From contig NC_043007.1 in assembly GCF_006345805.1 (NCBI RefSeq), positions 992,001 to 1,056,000 of the forward strand: a stretch of DNA of 64,000 nucleotides, read 5' to 3'. Numbering within the stretch: the stretch's first letter is position 1; every line of letters begins with the position of its first letter. Position numbers and translations under genes: made by a program. Origin of the DNA: Octopus sinensis (Eukaryota). Shown one piece after another: positions 11,846 through 24,480 of this stretch. The notes below the pieces were generated by a model. The model was not told the origin of the DNA and made no database searches. It saw only the letters and a list, made by a program, of their open reading frames with translations.

Positions 11846-13016
11846 CTTTTGTTGAGGAATGTCACGTTTGAAACTTTGCTTGCAGAAAATATCAAATTCA
11901 GGCTTTTAGTTGATATTTAACATCATTACCGGAATAACCATGAAATTTAATTTCACAGTTAACCATTTCGTTACTATATTTCTAATTAAAATCCTTGTGA
12001 GTTTCAATTAAATTCTAAAACAATCACAAATTTAGACGGGTTTCATTAAACAACTAATTTATTGACATTAATGTGATTTTTGGAATACAATTGAAGAAAA
12101 CGTTCTTAATCAATTCTATTGCATAACTTTTGTCTCAAAGTGACTAATTACAGGTAAATACAGGTAAACCATAAGCTATCATTTTCTCTGTTTACTTCCT
12201 GTGTAATGGTTTGTTTCCATAGTGGTCACTTCAAACAAGTTTAGAATTATTTGATTTCTCCATATCTTCCATTGAAAAGCCCTCAAATTCAGAATCACAG
12301 CTTGATGGCATGAAACCGTTATCTGCTTTAAAAGTTGAAAAAAAAAAAATTGCTGAAGAAAAAATGTGGGAAAAACCCCTCCCCCAAATTCGTACAGCTC
12401 AGGTATCACATCAGACCATGCCAGGTGCTGTACCTTGACTATTTACTAAGTGAAATCACGTGTTTTCATGAATGTGCTAACAAGATTTGTACTGAAATTC
12501 ACATTTAAATATCACTGGGTTCGCTTGGCTGGGTTGGTAATGAAGGGGTTAGTGATTATTTACCTAAATTCAGTTCTTGCAGATCTCATATAAAATGAAG
12601 ACTAATGATAATAACCCTTTCTGCTACAGGCACATGGCTTCAAGTTTTGACCCCCAATTCTCAACTAGTGCTTATTGCTTCAACCCCGAAAGGATGAAAA
12701 GCAAAGATGACCTCAGCAGAATTTGAACCCAGAATGTAAGGACTGGCAAAATGCTGATGAGCATTTTGCTCAGCAAGCTAACGACTCTTCCAGCTCACCG
12801 TAATAATCCTTTTTACTAAAGGTACAAGGCCCGAAATTTTTGGGAAGGGGTAATTGATTATATCAACCCCAGTACATGACTGGTACTCATTTCATCAAGG
12901 AGGAAAAGCAAAGTCGATCTTGGCGGAATTTGAACTCAAAACGTAAAGACACGAAATACCACAAGGCATTTTGCTTGGTGGGCTAACAGTTCTACCAATT
13001 TGCTCACTCCCATACC

Positions 13017-13057
<41 letters not shown>

Positions 13058-13527
13058 AGATGGTTTCAAATTTTGCTACAAGGGTAGCAGTTTTTGGCAG
13101 GGAGAGGATGAGTCGATTACATTGAACCCCGGTATTCAGCTGGTACCTATTTTATTGACCCCGAAAGGATGAAAGGTAAAGTCAACCTCGGTGGAATTTG
13201 AACTCAGAATGTAGCAACTGGTGAATTACTGCTAATGATTCTGCCAGCTCACTGCTTTACCAATAATAATAATAATAATAATTCTTTCTACCGGAAGCAC
13301 AAGTCCGCAAATTTGGGGGAAGCGATTAAGTTGATCACATTGACCCCAAAGTGTAACTGGTACTTATTTAATCGACCCAGAAAGGATGAAAGACAAAGTC
13401 GACCTTGGCAGAGCCTGGCCTGCAAACAATTCTAATAATAATAATAATAATAATAAGAAGAAGAAGAAGAAGGAAATGAAGAAGAACAACAACAACAAAG
13501 GTTTATATTTGACTCTTTGATACTTAC

Positions 13528-13626
13528 CAAGTGTCAGTATTTTGTTTTGGCCAATATCAGAACCACAGATTCCAACTGTTGAAAATTTCATTTCTTTCCC
13601 AAGATCAACAGCATAATTACAGTTTG
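13528..13626 (-). CDS. PLS3: Plastin/fimbrin exon (CH3)
   Basis: (S)NCNYAVDLGKEMKFSTVGICGSDIGQNKILTL; ttttacag acceptor, GTAAGT donor, phase 1/1. Confidence 0.94.
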
Positions 13627-13989
13627 CTGTAAAAGACAACAAGAAACATGTCAACACCATTCTTCAATGACTGCAAATTGAGTCTACTTCAATAAGAAAA
13701 AAATAATAATAATAATTTGGTAGTTTTAAAGTAGGAAGTTGCTGAGGTAGAATTAATGTTTCTTGAGTTAGTTACTAGATACATTAGTTCTGAATTGCAG
13801 TTAAACACATGACCTCCTCCCCCCCACCCCAGAAAAATCACCATGGCAGTGTGGTGAGAAGAGTGCTTCTAAACCAAATGGTTCTGACTGCATGTTACCT
13901 TGGACAAATGCTTTCTGCTACAGCCTCAGTCTGATCAAAGCCCAGAGAGTGGATGTGGTAGATGAAAAATGAAAGAAGCCTGTTGTGTG

Positions 13990-14495
13990 TGTCCGTGTAT
14001 ATATACATATATATTGTTGACGTGGCCGATGACAGTATCACCTGATTGGCACTTGTGCCAGTGGAACGTTAAAAGCACATCTGAGCATGATCGTTGCCAG
14101 GGCCATGGGTTGGCTCCTGTACCAGTGGCACGTAAAAAACACCTTTTGAGTGTGATCACTGCTAGCGTCACCTTACCAGCACATGTGCTGGTGGCACGTG
14201 AAAAACAACCCTCGAGTGTGGTCGTTGCCAGTGCCGATGGACTGGGTCCCGTGCAGGTAGCACATAAAAAACACCTTTTGAGCATGCTCATTGCCAGTAC
14301 CACCTGACTGGCCCTTGTGCTGGTGGCACATAAAAGCACCCACTACACACTCAGAGTGGTTGGCGCTAGGAAGGGCATCCAGCTGTAGAAACTTTGCCAG
14401 ATCGGATTGGAGCCTGGTGCAGCCTTCTGGTTTGTGAGCCCTCAGTCAAACCATCCAACCCATGCCAGCATGGAAAGCAGACGTTAAACAATGAT
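13990..14495. mobile_element. Repeat family C (ggatgcccttcctaacgccaacc; variable internal ~65-bp modules; (CAT/GAT)n end)
   Basis: Copies at ~2790-3075, 9700-9890, 20020-20480, 23810-24110, 28445-28640, 31010-31385, 32260-32480, 34285-34660, 38520-38815, 41550-41840, 43360-43800, 50690-51055, 53120-53420. Confidence 0.75.
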
Positions 14496-14849
14496 GATGA
14501 TGATGATATATATGCATATGTCTTTTATTGTGTCGGGGGAGGGTCATTCTCTTTTAGTGCCTTATTAATGGACCAGTTTGATTTTCATTGCGTCTGGCAA
14601 CCTCTTCAATAGTCATTGACTATCCGTTAAAGCTGCATTTGTTTGTTTGTTCGTGCGTATGTGTATTCATATATATGTATGCATGTGTCTATGTATGTAT
14701 TCTGCACATCCATGTTTGTGTGTTCATATATTAATAATGAAATTATTGTATACAGTGCTCAGGTGCACCACAACTTGTCAAAAGTGCGTATAAAGCACTT
14801 TGTGTCTGTGTATGTATGTACAAATGTCTGGGAGTGAACAGTGTATGAG

Positions 14850-15200
14850 TCAGATAAAATGCTTGCGTGTGTATGGAGGGGAGAAAATCACGTGTAGCGT
14901 TGGCGAATCTCAGAAAGCATGGAAGTTTTGAAGGATGCAGTGCTCCGACAACTAACAACTGATGCCGGCAGTTTGTTCCATTCTTCAGCAACACTTAGCG
15001 TGAAAAAATGTTTCCGAAAGTCATGGGAGCTGTGCTGTTTTCTGACTTTGTAAATATGTCCACGGGTGTTAGATGGGTGGAATTTGAAAAGGTGCTCAGA
15101 GTTATTGTTTGTAAGATGGTTAATAATTTTATGGGTGTCTGCCAAGTCAGCTGCCAGACGTCGGAGTTTCAATGTGTCCATGCCCAGGGAAGTATGGCGT
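14850..15200 (-). mobile_element. CR1/L2-clade LINE 3' end
   Basis: LRRLAADLADTHKII...TRGHIYKVRK...RKHFFTLSVAEEWNKLPASVV...FK matches the CR1 ORF2 C-terminal signature. Confidence 0.85.
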
Positions 15201-15484
15201 TCATGATTGTATGTATGTGTGTGTATATATATATATATAGGAGCAGGAGTGGCTGTGTGGTAAGTAGCTTGCTTACAAACCACATGGTTCCGGGTTCAGT
15301 CCCACTGCATGGCACCTTGGGCAAGTGTCTGCTACTATAACCTCGGGCTGATCAAAGCCTTGTTATGCTCTTCCTAACACCAATCACTCTATAACCATCA
15401 CTACAGAGTTTAGCCTTGGCATCAGCCAGAGTAAAGAGTCCCCCCCCCCCCCCGGTCAGTCCTGTGTTGTCAGGAAATACTTAC

Positions 15485-15661
15485 AGAGCTTCTCAAAATT
15501 TCCTTTCATTTTGTTGAAGGTTCTGATCACGTTACTCCAGTTGACTATTCCACTATTGACGATGTCGAAGAGCTGCAGCAGGACCAGGCCATCGGTCAGA
15601 TCACTGTAGAGGTTGTAGACGAACGGGTTGACACCGACACTGTTCATCCAGTTACGATAGG
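15485..15661 (-). CDS. PLS3: Plastin/fimbrin exon (CH3)
   Basis: (T)YRNWMNSVGVNPFVYNLYSDLTDGLVLLQLFDIVNSGIVNWSNVIRTFNKMKGNFEKL; GTAAGT donor, phase 1/1. Confidence 0.95.
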
Positions 15662-16073
15662 CTGGAATCGGAAAAGAAGAAGAAGAGAAAAACAAATGAT
15701 GAATACAAGACATTGTACAGGAAGGAAGCTGGGAATTGAGTTTCTCACAGCTTGGATAAAAAACATGGAAAAATAAGTTATTGAGAGAAAGAACCTCCTC
15801 CTCTACTTTGGCATCCAGATTTTTCTCTGTGGAATCTGAAGCTTTATTTATCCCTCATCGTTTTGAATGACATCTAAACGGATTTTTCATTTACTTTCTA
15901 CACAGCTTGATATATTCCAACATTTATCTCCCTTACTTTCAAACATGTATGTATGTAAAAACACTGCCAGATCAGATTGGAGCCAGGTGCAGCCGTTGGT
16001 TCTCCAGATCTCAAATTGTCCAACCCATGGAAAGCGGACATTAAACGATAATGATGATGATATATACGGGTAC

Positions 16074-16215
16074 AAAGGGATGCTGAAAAGTTCCTGGCTT
16101 TAAGGGTATCATGAAAAGCCTAGGTGGAGGCCCAACTTTCTGAGTTACTTTACAAAGCCCAGAAAAACTGAAGGACTGCAGCAATAAGTGTGTGGATTTG
16201 AGAGGGGAAGATGTC
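16074..16215. mobile_element. mariner-derived MITE fragment
   Basis: Aligns with the reverse complement of 24250-24385, including the TIR gctgaaaagttcctggcttt. Confidence 0.7.
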
Positions 16216-16836
16216 TTGCAAACGACTTGCATATGCAAGTGCTACCAGTCAAAAACTCCACACACTGGAAGCCAGCAAGTGTATGGGGTCATCAAGAGAG
16301 AATGCATGTCGTTTCGGGGCCTACGTCTCGACAGCATCAATGCACACCAGCCCCCCCCCCCACACTGATATGAGGCCTCGCTTGCTAGATCAGCTGGTTA
16401 TCAAATAAAGCTCAATATTCTTCTAGCCATCGCTCATCGTCTCTTTTTAACCAAATCCAGTGGCTAGCCTTCTCCACTGTAGACTGGATATCGGTCATGG
16501 TGGTACTGACCGATATCATAATTAACTGATCCTTCTGTATTTTCTTTTACCCAAAGCCAGTCCTTTTAAGCAACCGTTCCTATATATGTAGGGATGTGAG
16601 TTTGTGTCTATGTATATATGTACACACATACATACACGTGTGAATGACCCTAACACTTGTGGTTTGTGTACCACTAACATTAATTTTCTATGCTATTGCC
16701 CTGACCCCTACTAGTCTGTACTATGACTAACTCTTGTAGTCTGAATATTTGACTAACAAAAATATATTAAAAATGGGGGGGAAATAAATATTGTCAGCGA
16801 AAAATCAATGAAATAAAGAAACGGTTATAAACCTAC

Positions 16837-17047
16837 TTTTCTCTTCCCGTGTTTCATCAAAGATTTCCAAATCCACGTCGGTTGGTGCTTTGTCCAGAGC
16901 TGGGTAGGTGTTGAAAAGATTAGCCACAAAGGCCAAGTTGAGTTTGTAATTGTGGTTCACAACATCATTGGGAGTAATGAAACTGCGGCAACCAATCTTA
17001 TCAGCTTCTTGTAACATATATTCGGCTCTTTTGAGAAGTTCGTTCTC
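16837..17047 (-). CDS. PLS3: Plastin/fimbrin exon (CH2 end, linker)
   Basis: [70 protein letters not shown]; ctttag acceptor, GTAGGT donor. Confidence 0.96.
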
Positions 17048-18093
17048 CTAAAGACCAAACAAAGGACAGCATTATTTTGGTAATAAAATCCAAGGAATAT
17101 CTAATGATATCGTTTGAAGATTCAACTCTTTTGTTACTATATATCTGTTGCTTCAAATCATTTCAGTAAAATTATTTTATCAATGTATGTACACACATAC
17201 ATACATACACACATAGATACATACATACATACATGGTGGCTGCCCCTTCGTTATCAAGTATGGCCATTGCACGAAGCTTAATCAATGTTGTTATTGTGCA
17301 ACGCCTGTACAAGAAGATTTTTTTTAAAAGTGAGGAAAGGCTGTGCACTGAGTCAATCCCACTCACTAAGCAACAGCAGCCATAATCCAAAAAGAAACAT
17401 AAATACATACATACATACATATGTACATGTATATCATGAACTGACTGTTACTTTCTCAGATGCAGCACGGAGTTTTGTCAGTGAACAGGTCGCGGTCTCA
17501 AAGTGATGAAAATATTTTGACAAATTAAACTTAAATGTTGAGGTGAATCTAACGGTTTTTGTGTGTTTCTTAAATGGTTTACAAACACCTTCCACGCTGC
17601 AATTGTTTTTGTTCCAGCACTCGATCCCAGATCAAGTCACTTGCTATGCAAGTACAACTCCGTAATATTTTATCAATGTTAAATTGATGTTTGAAACATA
17701 AGACAAGATTCTGATGGAAAGTTTTGCTTTCACCACAGGGTGTGTCCCCCACCCCAGCAGACAGTTTAATACAAGGGAGATAATTATCTTTTAATCACTT
17801 GTAGTGCACCTGAGCAATATACACGATAATTTCATTATTATTAATATTATTTTTTTATTAAGTAGCAAGAACAAGGAAAATGATGCATGGACAATACATA
17901 TTAAATGGTTTTTTTGTTTTGCTGCTTACTTATTATGAAGGGCTTAAAATTTCTAGTCAATGATAATCGTATGCTGCCCTGCTTCCCTTTTTACAGAAAT
18001 CTTCAGCATGACACAAGCTGAGGCATAGCAAATAAATATTCTTCAGTTCTATATTTAAGAGACGAGGAATTATGTATATTATTTACATTTGAA

Positions 18094-18166
18094 GGGCATA
18101 TGGCGTAGTGGTTAAGAGTGCGGGCTCCTAACCCCAAGATTTCAAGTTCAATTCCATGCAGTGACC
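18094..18166 (+). mobile_element. tRNA(Arg)-like head of the hammerhead SINE
   Basis: A box TGGCGTAGTGG 18101-18111, loop CTCCTAA 18125-18131, B box GTTCAATTCC 18146-18155. Confidence 0.75.
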
Positions 18167-18390
18167 AAAAATTATTTACATTAAAAAGGAGCTTTTTTTC
18201 TTTGAAAATCCCTATTTTTTACGATTTTTTTACTGCTGTGTCGCCATTTTTCGGTATATTTCAACCAGAAAAATGTTCACTTAAAGAGCTACATAATACA
18301 AAATTTTTACTTTCCCAAAATTCCAATTCTAAAGGGTCGAAACAAACCCGAGTAATGCCAGGTGATACTGCTAGTATGTATGTATGTATG

Positions 18391-18426
<36 letters not shown>

Positions 18427-18727
18427 AGTAGATACTGTTGATAAGTGGGTATATAAATAGATAGGTATATAGAATTGATGCTAAATTATATATTAAAACA
18501 ATTTTGCATTAAGCTGAAGGACAACTCAATACTTTGGTAGAGGACATCAATAAGGATTTACAAAGGAAAGGTTGGCAGTGACCTAAGAGTTTCAATTTGC
18601 TTACCTTTGTCAGAATATATATATAAATATATATAATAATAATTTGAGGGAATATTATTCCAAACTTTCAGGGAAAAATTCAATTTAGAAATACTAAATC
18701 AAATTTCACAAAATATAATATATATAG

Positions 18728-19290
18728 AAATTAGAAAAAAACCCACCTTTTATCAATTCAAAATGAAAAATTAAATTACACCATCTAGAAAATTACATAT
18801 AGAAATATTAAATATAAGATAAAAAATAATATACAAATGATTAATTAATGTACAAAATAATGAATAAAACGTATATATTTGGTAGAATAACATATATACA
18901 TTCTATTTATTATTTTGCACATTGCTCTATCACCGGTATATTATTTTTTATCTTATATTTAATATTTCTATTATATGTAATTTTCTAGATGGTGTAATCT
19001 AATTTTTAATTTTTAATTGATAAAAGGTGTTTTTTTCTAATTTATATATATAAATATATATACTAAGTAATTAAGGGCTTAGCAACGATTTGCCTCACCA
19101 CACACCGAATTTAGAAAAAGAGTTTTGGCTATTCTTTCTGTGTGTGGTGAGGCAAATCGTTGCTAAACCCTTAATTACTTAATATTACTTAAACATTCCT
19201 TGAATGGGGCTTTTACATGCCGAACTCTACTTGGTGAAATTAATAATTATTCCAAATTAATTAATTTCACCCTTTATTATTGATAATTAT
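18728..19290. repeat. Double hairpin element in (TA)n
   Basis: IR 18728-18834/18936-19043 and IR 19064-19105/19140-19181, plus a tail shared with 60980-61075. Confidence 0.8.
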
Positions 19291-19758
19291 AAATATATAT
19301 ATATCATTGTCTAACAGCCATCTTCCAGGCATGCATGGGTAGAATAGTTGATAGGAGCTGGCCAGGTAGAAAATCTACCCTAGGCCATTGTGTGTTTTGG
19401 CAGGGATCTGATGGCTGGATGTCCTTCCTAGCACCAACCACTCCGCAGAGTGGACTCAGTGATTTCCACAGGGCACTACCAGCACAGGTGAAGTTAGCTT
19501 TGGCAAGATTTTTACAGGTAAATGGTCCTTCCTGCCCAATGAATGAGGCACGTAAAAGAGGAAGATCAAAATGACTAGTTTTAAAAAATAGCAGGTAAAA
19601 TATTTCTTTGAATCCATCAGTGATGTTCTTTGGGCAATAAACCAGTCCTTTGTACCACACGGTCCTGGCTTGGATCCTATGCTTTAATATACACCTTGCT
19701 TTTGTATTTTGTGTGTGTGTGTGGTTTTAGAGCATATGGCAGTAATGTAAAGACCTAC

Positions 19759-19833
19759 CTTTAGAGGATCAAGGGTGACGCCATTTTCACGTGGAGCAAT
19801 TTGGTGCAATAAATAAGAGTAAGCTTCCGAGTC
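19759..19833 (-). CDS. PLS3: Plastin/fimbrin exon (CH2)
   Basis: DSEAYSYLLHQIAPRENGVTLDPLK; tttccag acceptor, GTAGGT donor, 75 nt. Confidence 0.93.
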
Positions 19834-20794
19834 CTGGAAAAAATTTAAAAAGGAAAAGAAAAAATAATTAAGTCTTTTACTGCAGAAATCAGAGAAATCC
19901 ACTTGAAATTTTCATCACCCTCGACAGCAGAAGGCAGTAATATATATTCATCCATCTTTTGTTGAGGAATTTCAGATTTCAAACTATTTTTTTTTTGAGA
20001 CATCATGATGATGATGATGATCATCATCATTTAACGTCTGTTGTCCCTGTTGGTATGGGTTGGACGGTTTGACCAGGGCTGGTAAGCTGGAAGGCTGCAC
20101 CAGACTCCAGTCTGATTTGGAATGGTTTTGTATGGTTGGATGCTCTTCCTAATGCCAACCATTCCGAGAGTGTAATGGGTACTTTTATGTGCCACCAGCA
20201 CAGGTGCCATTTGCAATACACTGGTATCTACCATGACTGCGATTTTGCTTGGCTTGATGGGTCTTCTTCTCAAGCAAGACATAATGCCAAAAGTCTTGGC
20301 CATTGCCTCTGTGAGGCCCAACACTCAAAATGAACTCGGCCACTTTGCCTCCATGAGGCTCAAACGCTTGAAAGGAACTCTCAAGTTTAATGACAATAAG
20401 AGCATGAGGCTGTTGAAAACCAGCCTCAATAAACTTTATCCAACCCATACCAGCTTGGAAAAGAGGATGTTAAAATGATGATATATGTATGTGTGTGTGT
20501 GTGTCTGAGAGTATGTTTATATGTGTGAGTGTAACAAGATCTTTTTGGTCACGAGAAGAGGAAAAAAAGTCACACTTTACTCAAACTTCTCCCTTCAAAA
20601 TGTGGAAACCATGGAAACCAAAGTGAAGAAAAGGAGGAAATTGAAGCTTAATATGGAATGAGATGAGAAAGGTTGTTTTGTTTGTTTTTCTTTGACGGCA
20701 AAACCACAACACGAGTCCTTGACCTAAAACAACATCCAAACCTATTGAAACATTGCCACAAGCTGAATAAAGAATAGAATAATAGAAACAATAA

Positions 20795-21215
20795 AGCGGT
20801 GAGCTGGAAGAAACGTTAGCACGCCGGGTGAAATGTGTAGCTGTATTTCGTCTTCCACTATGTTCTGAGTTTAATTTCTGCCGAGGTCGACTTTGCCTTT
20901 CATCCTTTCGGGGGCGATTAAATAAGTACCAATTACGCACTGGAGTCGATGTAATCAACTTAATACCTATGTCTGTCCTTGTTTGTCCCCTGTGTGTGTA
21001 GCCCCTTGTGGGTAGTAAAGAAATAGGTATTTCGTCTGCCGTTACGTTCTGAGTTCAAATTCTGCTGAGGTCAACTTTGCCTTTCATCCTTCCGGGGTCG
21101 ATAAATTGAGCACCAGTTATGCACTGGGATCGATATAATCAACTTAATCCCTTTGTCTGTCCTTGTTTGTTCCCTCTGTGTGTAGCCCCAGGTGGGTAGT
21201 AAAGAAATAAGAATA
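20795..21215 (+). mobile_element. SINE family B dimer
   Basis: One head, two body modules joined at gtagtaaagaaatag|gtatttcgtc. Confidence 0.8.
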
Positions 21216-21504
21216 ACAGAAACAAGAGGTTGTGTTTGTTAGTTCTTACTTTAAAATAACAACAACAATGGCGGCAATACTTTCTACTGTAGGCACAAGG
21301 CCTGAAATTTCGGGGGAGGGGACATCACCCCTCAGTGCATAACTGGTACTTATTTCATTGACCCTGAAAGGATGAAAGGCAAAGTTGACCTCGGCGGAAT
21401 TTGAACTCAGAATGCAAAGAAGACAAAATGCCGCTAAGCAGTTTATGCCTCATGTGCTAACATTTCTGCCAGCTCACCACCTTAATAATAATAATAATAA
21501 TAAT

Positions 21505-21838
21505 GGGGAGCATCATAGCCGTGTGTTGAATGGAATTCTTAGAGGTTTGGATAATTCACCTTTGGAAACATGGGTGGTCTGTTCAACATCCTTAAACAAC
21601 CCTTATTCAGGGACCTTTTGAGCAGGATGAGTTACTGGACCTGAAGAAAATTCTAACTGGGCCCCACCTGCGAGGTCATGTGCTGTTTATCTTGATATGA
21701 GATCGCCATGTCACGCACATATGGTTGTGATGCATATGCCTGGTGTACCCTTATCAGACGGGTAGTCATGATGGGTATACTGGGCTTCGTATATTTTACC
21801 CCAGTGTCATTTTGATGGCATGCATTGCTCTCTCACTC

Positions 21839-21870
<32 letters not shown>

Positions 21871-22710
21871 TGATGATCATTTCAAATTTTTGCCACACGG
21901 GCAGCTTGGGGGAAGGGATTAAGTCAATTACATCGACCCCAGTGTGTAACTGGACCCTGAAAGGTTGAAAGTCGAAGTCAACCTTGGAGGAATAATAATA
22001 ATAATAAATAATAATAATGATAATAATAATAATGATGATAATAATATAATAATGATAAAAATAATAATAAAAATAATAATAATAATGATAATAATAATAA
22101 TGATAATAATAATAATGATTAATAATAATAATAATAATGATAATAATAATAAAATGCCCTGATGCAGTACCAGGCAGTGGCTCTCATGGCTTCTGATCTT
22201 AACTGATTGGAAGTGTTATCATGTACATTGTTTTGTCTTGGTATAAAAGATGGGCTACAGCAAATATTCTGCTCAATACCACAGATTTGCTTGTCAGCTG
22301 TTTGACCTTAACCAGTTGAGCAAGTCCCTTAGTGGCTGATGATATGTGCATCTCTGATCACGAGCAGAAGTAGTGGGGGAGAATCATAGCCATGTGTTGA
22401 GAGGGATTATTTGGGGTTTGAATGGTTCACCTCTGGAAACATAGGTGTTTCGTTCAACATCCTAAAGCAACCCTTATTCAGGGACCTTTTGAGCAGGATG
22501 GGCTACTCAACCTGAAGAAAATTCTAACTGGGCCCCACCTGCAAGGTCATGTGCTGTTTATCTTGATATGAGGTCACCATGTCGCGCACATATGGTTGTG
22601 ATGCATGTGCCTGGAGTACCTTTATCAGACGGGTAGTCATGGTGGGTATATTGGGCTTCGTATATTTTACCCCAGTGTCACTTTGATGGCATGAACTGCT
22701 CTCTCACTCA
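21505..22710. repeat. Two copies of an (AAT)n-flanked retroposon fragment around a ~190-bp (AAT/GAT)n tract
   Basis: ~21505-21840 aligns with ~22375-22710; microsatellite at 21990-22152. Confidence 0.75.
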
Positions 22711-22728
22711 ATGATGATAATAATAATG

Positions 22729-22759
<31 letters not shown>

Positions 22760-22871
22760 GATTAATAATAATCCTTTCTACTGGTAGGAGGGGACTAGTT
22801 GATAGAACAGTTTGGCCAGATATGGTCAGTTTAAATGCTAAAGAGTCAATAAAGGGAAAATTCTTACAAAC

Positions 22872-23057
22872 CTTAATGTCCTCAGCCAGATTATTGATCT
22901 GCAAATTGGCACCGGCATTCCTCAGGTGATAGTTTACCCAACGCACCAATATTTGTTCGGGTGTCAACTTCTGTAAGTCTTCAGGCTCCTCGTTTTCTCC
23001 CAAAAGTAGAACCAGGCCAGGGTGATGCTTCAAGTCAATGTCACTCAAAAGACCAAT
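22872..23057 (-). CDS. PLS3: Plastin/fimbrin exon (CH1-CH2 junction)
   Basis: IGLLSDIDLKHHPGLVLLLGENEEPEDLQKLTPEQILVRWVNYHLRNAGANLQINNLAEDIK; T-tract+tag acceptor, GTTTGT donor. Confidence 0.95.
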
Positions 23058-23428
23058 CTAAAAAAAAACAAAAAAACACAATTTTAAGAATTACACCTGC
23101 TTCAAGGTTTTATCAAAACAATATAAAACATACCTTTTTCTTTACCACCCACAAGGGGCTAAACACAGAGAGGACAAACAAGGACAGACCTAGGTATTAA
23201 GTAGATTACATCAGCCCAGTGCGGGGCTATAGTAGAAGACACTTGCCCAAGGTGCCACGCAGTGGGACTGAACCCTGAACCATGTGGTTGGTTAGCAAGC
23301 TACTTACCACGCAGCCACTCCTGCGCCTATGATATCACTGTTTTCTTTCTCAGCCAATCTTTTTGACTTTTCCCAAACAAAAGACAAATTACAAAAGCGT
23401 AACTGAATGATATTAAAACAAGACTTAC

Positions 23429-23636
23429 TCTGATGACTTGCCACAACAACCCAAGAACCAGATGCTGAGTTCCATCCTTGATGTCTTCCGCACCGATGTT
23501 GACAATGTTGCAACCAATGGACCGAGCAGAATTTAGCGCCAACACCAAGTTCTCATGTTTGCGATAGACATTTGGATTGACTTTGTTGATTCCTCTTTCG
23601 TCGATTGTGTCTGGACTGGTGATGTTGATGAGTTTA
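23429..23636 (-). CDS. PLS3: Plastin/fimbrin exon (CH1)
   Basis: (C)[69 protein letters not shown]; GTAAGT donor. Confidence 0.97.
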
Positions 23637-24164
23637 CTGAAAGGGAAAATATACATTAAACAACGACAACCAATTAAATTTTTACCCCTATTTTAAAAAA
23701 AAAAAAAAAGGTATTTCTCAGCCAGGAGAAGAGAGCAACAGCTTAGATCCCAGATACTGCTTGTCAAGTGATGATGGTGGTGAGCAGAGACACACACAAA
23801 TGATGAATATCATCATCATTTAACGTCCGTTTTCCATGCTGGCATGGGTTGGATGGTTCGACCGGGGGTCTGGTAAGCCATGGAGGCTGCACCAGGCTCC
23901 AGTCTTGAGTTTCTACAGCTGGATGCCCTTCCTAACGCCAACCACTCTGTGAGTGTAGTGGGTGTTTTTTACAGACGAGGCTGGCAAACAGCCACGATCA
24001 GTTGGTGCTTTTACGTGTCACTGACACGGACGCCAGTCAGGTGGCGCTGGCATCTGCCACGTTTGGACGATGCTTTTTACGTGTCACCGGCACAGGTGTC
24101 TTAACTACAATTTCCATTTGATTTTTATTTTGATGTTGGTATTGACGTATATATGTATAGATAT

Positions 24165-24379
24165 ATGGGGAGGGGGGTGCTGAAAAGTTCCTGGTTTTGG
24201 GTAAAACAAAATACAACAGGATCATCATTTTAATCAAGTCAACATTTTCCCCTCTCAGATTCACACTTATTGCAGTGGTCCTTCAGTTTTTTTTCTAAGT
24301 CCTGTAAAAGGAGTCAGAAGGTTGGGCCTCCAACAAGGCTTTTCACGACACCCTTAAAGCCAGGAACTTTTTAGCAACC

Positions 24380-24386
<7 letters not shown>
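24165..24386. mobile_element. mariner-derived MITE with both TIRs
   Basis: TIRs ggtgctgaaaagttcctgg / ccaggaactttttagcaacc in TA context; internal minus-strand remnant reads like a mariner transposase C-terminus (..NLRGENV). Confidence 0.75.
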
Positions 24387-24410
<24 letters not shown>

Positions 24411-24480
24411 GATATATAGATATAAAAACATATGCATACATATATGTACATACCTACATCTATATGTATATATACATGCA

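Noticed and set aside
11843-11890. UUGAGGA...GAAAC string after the tandem repeat
   Set aside because: Stems do not pair cleanly and the related copy at ~19960 lacks GAAA.
12752-12775. CTGATGAGC...GCTCAGC hairpin
   Set aside because: Mutated SINE B head; no GAAA.
18094-18166. Functional tRNA gene
   Set aside because: Acceptor and T stems do not pair well and the same head is attached to SINE bodies elsewhere; treated as a SINE head.
21965-22162. Poly-Ile/Asn ORF
   Set aside because: Pure (AAT)n microsatellite.
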